From Blastocladiella emersonii ATCC 22665 (taxonomy: Eukaryota; Fungi; Blastocladiomycota), in assembly GCA_025594325.1 (NCBI GenBank), contig JANHCV010000001.1, positions 3,472,001 to 3,536,000 on the forward strand: a stretch of 64,000 nt of DNA, in the 5' to 3' direction. The first letter of the stretch is position 1. Every line of letters begins with the position of its first letter. Positions 58,141-64,000 of this stretch are shown in pieces. The position numbers and the translations under genes are program-made. The notes below the pieces were generated by a model. It made no database searches, was not told the origin of the DNA, and was given only the letters and a program-made list of their open reading frames with translations.

Positions 58141-60928
58141 CGAGAGCGTGATCTCGCCGAGCTTGTCGCCGAGCATGTCCGGGCGATCAGGTCGATCCGT
58201 CACGACGGCCACGAACACGCCACGGCGGCCGCGAGCATGATGCGGTGGCCACGATCATGGTGCGGGCGAGACGAGAGAGGAGGAGAGGAGCAAGATGAGG
58301 AAGATCGAGTTCTACACAAGAGTTACGAGCGGGATGACAGGAGGATAACAAACGGGAGTCAGCAACATGCGAGACATCACGCGGGCGGCGCGTGCACGCC
58401 AGGATTGACGTGTGCGTTCTCGTACAAAAATTTGAGCATCATGTTGGGTTTCTACCTGGTGTCAATAATCGTACTGGAATCGGCTTGGATTGTGGAGAGC
58501 GAACGTGTTGCTTACACCACGTGACCAGTTGCTGAGTGCTTTTGACTTCGTCACCGCCTCGCCAGTCGCTGCTCTCTCACGTACCACTGATGTCGAAGAT
58601 GATTATCCTCGAGTCTATGAAACATATGCACAAACACTCCGGGAACTAGCTGCAACGACGTCTCCGCATCTGCTACGCCCGTTTTGACTGTTACCGTTGG
58701 TTGCCATCATCTCGCCTGTGAGCAGCAGCACGGCGCGCTAGACCATGTCAAGCGTAGCGATCTCACCGCTCCAGATGTGCCACCCGTACCCACTCGGCTA
58801 CATCTGGGCCGACTTGCGTGAGCATCGCCACATCACCGACCTGCGTCATCCGCGAGCCACGCGCGTCCCGCCTGCATCGTCTTCATCATGCATGATCCTA
58901 TCATCGTATAGAGAAGGTTTGGAGCAGACAGCGAGTGGGGCGAGACGGGGCAGCCGCGTCAACGAGTTCTGCTTCGCTCTCGGGCTCGTGCGGCTCGGTG
59001 GCCAAGTAGCGCGTGCAACGGCCCGTACTACCCCTTCGGCCACGGAACCGCTGAAGGTCCGGTCGGCATTTTGCTCCATGTGCCTCCGGGCTGGACACTC
59101 CCGCCGTCTGATAACGGCGACCTCGTGTAGAGCGCGAGTCGCGCGGGGACAAACGCGTCGCGCGACGCGGCTCCTGCGGGTGCAACGTGATCGGCGCCCA
59201 CGCCTGTGCTCGATGTGGTCCGCGCTCCGCCGACGATCACCGCTGGTACGCTATCGTTGTCCCCACCCTCGATGCCCGATCCGCGCTCACCGCACATGAC
59301 TACATGCAACAGAACTCGCGCCGTGACGGCTCATGGAACTCGAACGTAATACATGGGAGCAACCCGCTCTGCTTCTCCCCGAACGCGCCACATCTCGCCT
59401 GAGTCGACCGGACCCGCCTTGGGTCTCGTTTTTGGAGCGGTGTACCGATCCCGATCGATCTTCTTCTACGACATGCGTCTGTCCGCGCCAGCGTAAGGCG
59501 GCACCGCCTCCTCGGCCGGGCTCGCACCAGTTGTGCGCCCAACAGCGACGAGTACACCCTTCGTACCGCGTCAGAGGCCCGCCATCTTCCTCGCGTCTAT
59601 GTCAGCGACGCAAGCACGGGCCCAGAGCAACGGTGGCGCTGATCTGGTATCAAGGGCGGTAGAGTGCGAGAAGGGTCCGTTGTCGTCGAACGCGTCGAGG
59701 CCATCTTAACCGGCCTCAAGGCGCTCAGGACGCGCTCACGGACTCTCGGGCTTGTTAACCACTCTTCTCGATCACAAGCCCTGGAAATGTCACAATCCGG
59801 CCATGATACGCACGCTACGAACCTCCTCGTATACCCATCGTTTCCTTGCCTCTCCTCGGCTCGCCATCGTCTCCTGCGCCGCGCTGCAGCTGGGTTTCCG
59901 ACGCATGTGCTGCATTCCCCGTCTCGCGCAGTGACCTCGCCTAGCGAGTAGCCGGACCGCTGAATCGCATGCACCTCTGCGAGTATGCGACCCTTTCTGC
60001 TGGCCGGCTAGGGTCGGTGTGCACCACCGAGTGCTGTACGGCTTGGGCGGTGTGTTCTGCGTGGTCTGACGCGTTTGGGGTCGGTGGGGCGGCCATCCTT
60101 GGTGCATCCCGAGTAGTGCGTTGTGGCGGCGGTGTCGCAGTTCCCTTTAATCGGGACCCCCTTCCTCCTTCTCACCACGCTCCGCCCCTCTCTCCGACTT
60201 GACTCTTTTGCTCGTACAGCAGCGCGGGGACGCGTCGGTTCTCGTTTCGTTTCGCCCGGCCGGGAGGGCGCGACCATGCGTCGACGCGTGCGACTGAGCG
60301 CCGGCGTCGGCTGGCCCGTGAACTGTGTGTGCGAATAGACTGCATCCCGTACTTTCCTATCTCTCTCGATCGTCTCGTGTCTCGTGTCTCGTGTCTCGAC
60401 TGCGCAAGGATGCGGACCCGAGAAGCGGAGACGCGTCGAACAAACACGTGAGCGGGGCGAGACAGCGCGCTGATCGGCCGGTTCTCGCTGGCGGCGACCG
60501 ACCTCGATGCTCCCTCTCTTGCTCCCTCACAACCCCGCAACCATGAAGTCGCCTACTCCCTGCAATGCACTCGAATGGATCACGGCCGTCGCCTGCGCCA
60601 CACCACGCTGAGGGCCATCCTGCGCTATGGAGAGGAAACGGCATCCACCTGCTCTAGCTCGGCTGTTCGTCAGCAGCGGCGGCTTGAAGAACTTGACACG
60701 ACACCGAGCAGTGATCCGCAGCGCTTCCGCAGCGAGTCCACTCGTGTGGGTCGGTGCTGCCGAACCGCGGACCGCTGCGCGCCTTGCGGTGAGCGGTCGA
60801 GCTCGACGGGTCGGTCGGCCGCTGCTGAAACGACGCGACGGCTTCGTGGGGGTGAGCGACAATTTTTAGCGACGCGTCTCTCTACTCCGAGTCGGAATCG
60901 TCGGTGAGCGAACGAACGAGCGAAGAAG

Positions 60929-60934
60929 TATAAG
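60929..60934 (+). promoter_or_regulatory. Putative TATA element of copy B
   Basis: TATAAG about 110 nt upstream of ATG 61041. Confidence 0.4.
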
Positions 60935-61040
60935 AACATGGCGTGCCCCGGCTTCCCCTTCCACTTGATCAGCACCCTCAGCAGCTTTCTTGACCACCGC
61001 TCGCTCCCTCAACACTGCCACCACCACCACCACCACCAAG

Positions 61041-61874
61041 ATGACCTTCTGCGCCCCGATCCACGTCCCCGCCGTCCAGACCCAGTCGCAGTCGCAGTCG
61101 CAGGCCCAGTTTGGCGGCCACGGCGCTCAGTCGCAGTCGCAGTCGCAGTCGCAGACCCAGTTCGGCCACGGCTCGGGCGCCCAGCAGCAGTCGCAGTCGC
61201 AGTCGCAGTCGCAGTCCCAGTTTGGCGGCGACGCCGTGCAGTCGCAGTCCCAGTCGCAGTCGCAGTCGCAGTTCCAGGGCCACCACTCGGTCGACCAGGC
61301 CCAGTCCCAGTCGCAGACCCAGTTCGGCCACGGCCACGGTGCCCAGCAGCAGTCGCAGTCGCAGTCCCAGTCGCAGTGGGGCAACGGCCACGGCGACGCC
61401 GCTCAGTCGCAGTCGCAGTCGCAGTTCCAGGGCAACTGGGGCAACCACCACGGCGACGCCGCGCAGCAGCAGTCCCAGTCGCAGTTCCAGGGCAACTGGG
61501 GCAACCATCACTCGGTCGACCAGACCCAGTCGCAGTCGCAGGCCCAGTTCGGCGGTCACGGTGCTCAGTCGCAGTCCCAGCAGCAGTCGCAGACTCAGTG
61601 GGGCACCGGCCACGGCGACGCCGCGCAGCACCAGTCGCAGTCGCAGGGCCAGTGGTCCAACGGCCACGGCGACGCGTTCCAGTCGCAGTCGCAGTCGCAG
61701 ACCCAGTTCCAGGGCCACCACTCGGCCGACGGCTTCGTTGGCGGCAACCCCGCCACCTGGGGTCCCTCGGGCGACTGCAGCACCACCGGCAACGGCGGCG
61801 ACATGCACATCATGCCCATCAACAACAACGACTGCGACGTGACGATCCTGCCCATCAACCACGGCTGCTGCTAA
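61041..61874 (+). CDS. Gln/Ser/Gly/His-rich repeat protein, copy B (277 aa, identical to copy A)
   Basis: Same translation as 54612-55445. Confidence 0.85.
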   Translation: MTFCAPIHVPAVQTQSQSQSQAQFGGHGAQSQSQSQSQTQFGHGSGAQQQSQSQSQSQSQFGGDAVQSQSQSQSQSQFQGHHSVDQAQSQSQTQFGHGHGAQQQSQSQSQSQWGNGHGDAAQSQSQSQFQGNWGNHHGDAAQQQSQSQFQGNWGNHHSVDQTQSQSQAQFGGHGAQSQSQQQSQTQWGTGHGDAAQHQSQSQGQWSNGHGDAFQSQSQSQTQFQGHHSADGFVGGNPATWGPSGDCSTTGNGGDMHIMPINNNDCDVTILPINHGCC

Positions 61875-63169
61875 GCGAAGCGGTTGACGGTCGAATCGAG
61901 TCGCCCATCTTCTTGTTCGCTCGAATTGCTCCCTCCACTGCTACTGGTGAGCTTTGTACTCAATAGTTTATCGTATTTATCTTCTATCTGCCCCCGTCTC
62001 TTCCTGAATCCTGCCTCCGTTTGATCGACGCGTCGCGCGTGGGTTTCGCACGCAACAGCAGCCGCATGAGTTGCGAATGGGTCAGGCTTCCTGGGTGTGC
62101 GCGCCACGCTGCCTTAATTCCTTCGACCAACATCTCGTCATTCTTTTTGTGCGTTAGGTTTTTATCATTTCGTGCAGTCGGTCGTGATCGCCGCGATTTT
62201 GAGCGGCGCGCGCGATGGCCACGGCCGCGAAATCCTTTTCGCTCAAACAAGATGTGACCCTGTTCCACATGCTCGCTCAGCGTATCGAACACCCACCAGT
62301 TAGTGACGTGCTTAGCGTGAAAACCTTCAAGTTACAGAGGAACTTGAAGTTCGAAGCGATGCGCCGCGCGTTTGCCATGGCCACGGTCGCAGCGCGCCGC
62401 CATCACCAAGGTCGCTTGGTTGGCCGTCGTTCGTCTGCTCAATGAATGAAAGCCTGATCCCGCTGCTGCTCACACATGTTAGTAGTGCTTCGGCACCGTT
62501 TAGCGGTATCGCGCCCAATGGGATGGCGATCGAGCTGGCAAAGAGTGCGAATCGACTCGTTGCGCGATGCGCCACAGTCACCGTCCCACCGCGGCCATCA
62601 CTACCGCTGTTTGCTGGGTTGTGGCTAGCCTGCCTGATGGTGAAAAACCTGCGCATGTTGCTTCTTAGAAGGTTTACAACTATATCAGAGGCGATCCTAC
62701 CGCTTGGCATCAACCCAAGGTCGACCCCGCTTGGCCTCGACAGCAACTACATGCATCAATTTTCTTGCTGCAGAATCGCGCTTAGCCCGCTCGAGGTGAC
62801 TCGTCTCGCTTTCAAGGCCCGGACCTTCGGCCCTGCTTCAGAGGATGCGACATGAAATATGTGCGATCTCATGTTATTGGGCTCCAAGCCCTTCCACAGA
62901 GCCTGGAGTCCTTGGGGGCCTCCCTTGACGCCGTCCTCAAACAGATTTTCCGTCCGGCGATCTCAGAAGCACCTTTTACGACAAGTTACGCATCGTGTAC
63001 AACCAGATCTCATCGCAGGATCGCTCATCCAACAGTCTCGGCTGTGGCCGTTCGCGCGGATCAGCTGAACTGGCCTCACGTGTCTCGAGTCGTCCCTGCA
63101 GCTCCTCATCGTCCGTTCGCTCTATCCACGCGCTCCTTCTGCATCAAGTTCCATGGTGGCGCAGCGCAT

Positions 63170-64000
63170 ATGTATTCAGTTCCGAGCAGAGTAGCGGCAA
63201 CGCGAGCGCTGCTCGCTCGAGCGCCCGTGGCGATGCGTCACGTGTGCCGCTCAACAAGGCTGATTGCGACGCCGCCCGCGTCGCCCTCGCCTCCACCACT
63301 GCCACAACGACGACGTCGACATCTGTCGAGCACCCTAGTCTTTGCAACGTCATCAACGCCAGTCGCGGCACCGCGCGCTCCACCCCATCTCCCCGTCGAC
63401 AACCTCGAACACCCGGAAATGGCGCAGGGCACGACCACGTTCAACGACCAGGCGTTTGCCACGATCACCGAGGGCCAGGCGACGATCCTGTTCCCGACCA
63501 ACAACGAGGTGTTCTACAACCCGGTGCAGCAGTTCAACCGCGACATGTCGATTGCGGCGATCCGCACGTGGCGCGACCTGGTGTCGCAGGAGAAGTGGGC
63601 CAAGGCGCTCAAGAAGGAGGGCCGCACCGTCGAGGAGGCCACGGCGGCCGGCGAGACGGCGCCCGTGTTCAAGCCCAAGATCCTCGAGGCGCTCGCCGCG
63701 TCGGGCCTGCGCTCGGTGCGCTACGCCAAGGAGATCCCGGACCTCGACCACATCCTGTGCAACGACCTCGACGCCGAGGCCGTCGCGTCCATCAAGCGCA
63801 ACGTCGAGTACAACGGGCTGTCCGAGGAGCTCGTCCGCCCGAACCTCGGCGACGCCAAGTACGGTCCCCGATACGTCAGGCGTGAGGTATCGCCGACGAG
63901 GCTGACCGCGTCCCATTGTGTCTAGGATCGTCATGTACCAGCACCTGCCGCCGCAGCTCAACTACCACGTGGTGGACCTCGACCCGTACGGCAGCGCGAC
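63170..64000 (+). CDS. TRM1: tRNA (guanine26-N2,N2)-dimethyltransferase Trm1 (3' end runs off window)
   Basis: ITEGQATILFP..EVFYNPVQQFNRDMSIAAI, ILEALAASGLRSVRYAKEI, NDLD, VVDLDPYGS; in-frame ATGs at 63170 and 63419. Confidence 0.95.

Larger units (their letters stand above)
59815..61964. repeat. Right arm of 2,150-bp inverted repeat
   Basis: Reverse complement of 54522-56671; identity stops at 59814/56672 inside and 61965/54521 outside. Confidence 0.97.

Noticed and set aside
58138-58200. Peptide PDMLGDKLGEITLSR resembling ribosomal protein uS19
   Set aside because: Too short, and the rest of uS19 is not recognisable; may be chance.
61041-61874. Repeat protein as a fungal RiPP (dikaritin/KEP) precursor
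   Set aside because: No signal peptide, no KR/RR Kex2 sites (no Lys or Arg at all) and no DUF3328 or other tailoring genes nearby.
54522-61964. Palindrome as a simple fold-back read artefact
   Set aside because: Both outer flanks are unique and continue into normal genes (ARB1, TRM1), the spacer is 3.1 kb of unique DNA, and degenerate homology continues past the arm ends. Polishing-induced homogenisation is still not excluded.
61970-63160. Lower-GC ORFs (e.g. 62442-62855) and the long 5' extension of ORF 62852-63925
   Set aside because: No host codon bias or recognisable domain; the TRM1-like sequence is compatible with starts at 63170/63419.

Overview
Gene-dense, very GC-rich eukaryotic DNA with short spliceosomal introns (mostly 55-95 nt; donors GTACG/GTGCG/GTGAG/GTCC, CTGAC/CTAAC branch points, YAG acceptors). 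The gene content and the WW-type ankyrin-like family suggest a zoosporic fungus, probably Blastocladiomycota (inference). Most of the window is housekeeping genes: SLU7, APC2, mS29, RPN13, TRS33, SEN2, CHK1, SMC2, calcyphosin-like, C1-RhoGAP, CTLH protein, Lines-like, USB1, RPN7, uL24m, mL54, ABZ1, ARB1/ABCF2 and TRM1. The standout structure is a 7.4-kb palindrome. Two apparently identical 2,150-bp inverted arms (54522-56671 and 59815-61964) flank a 3.1-kb spacer. Each arm carries the upstream region and CDS of a 277-aa Gln/Ser/Gly/His repeat protein with amyloid-like periodicity and a Cys-Cys terminus. Other oddities are a CHL1/DDX11 helicase present as a C-terminal half followed about 5 kb later by decayed N-terminal fragments (permuted order), a secreted His-brace LPMO-like protein, a structured long intron in mL54, and an ATG-TAA start-stop in front of USB1. 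Exon boundaries were worked out by eye and most genes are given as start-to-stop spans. No rRNA, tRNA or CRISPR array was recognised.
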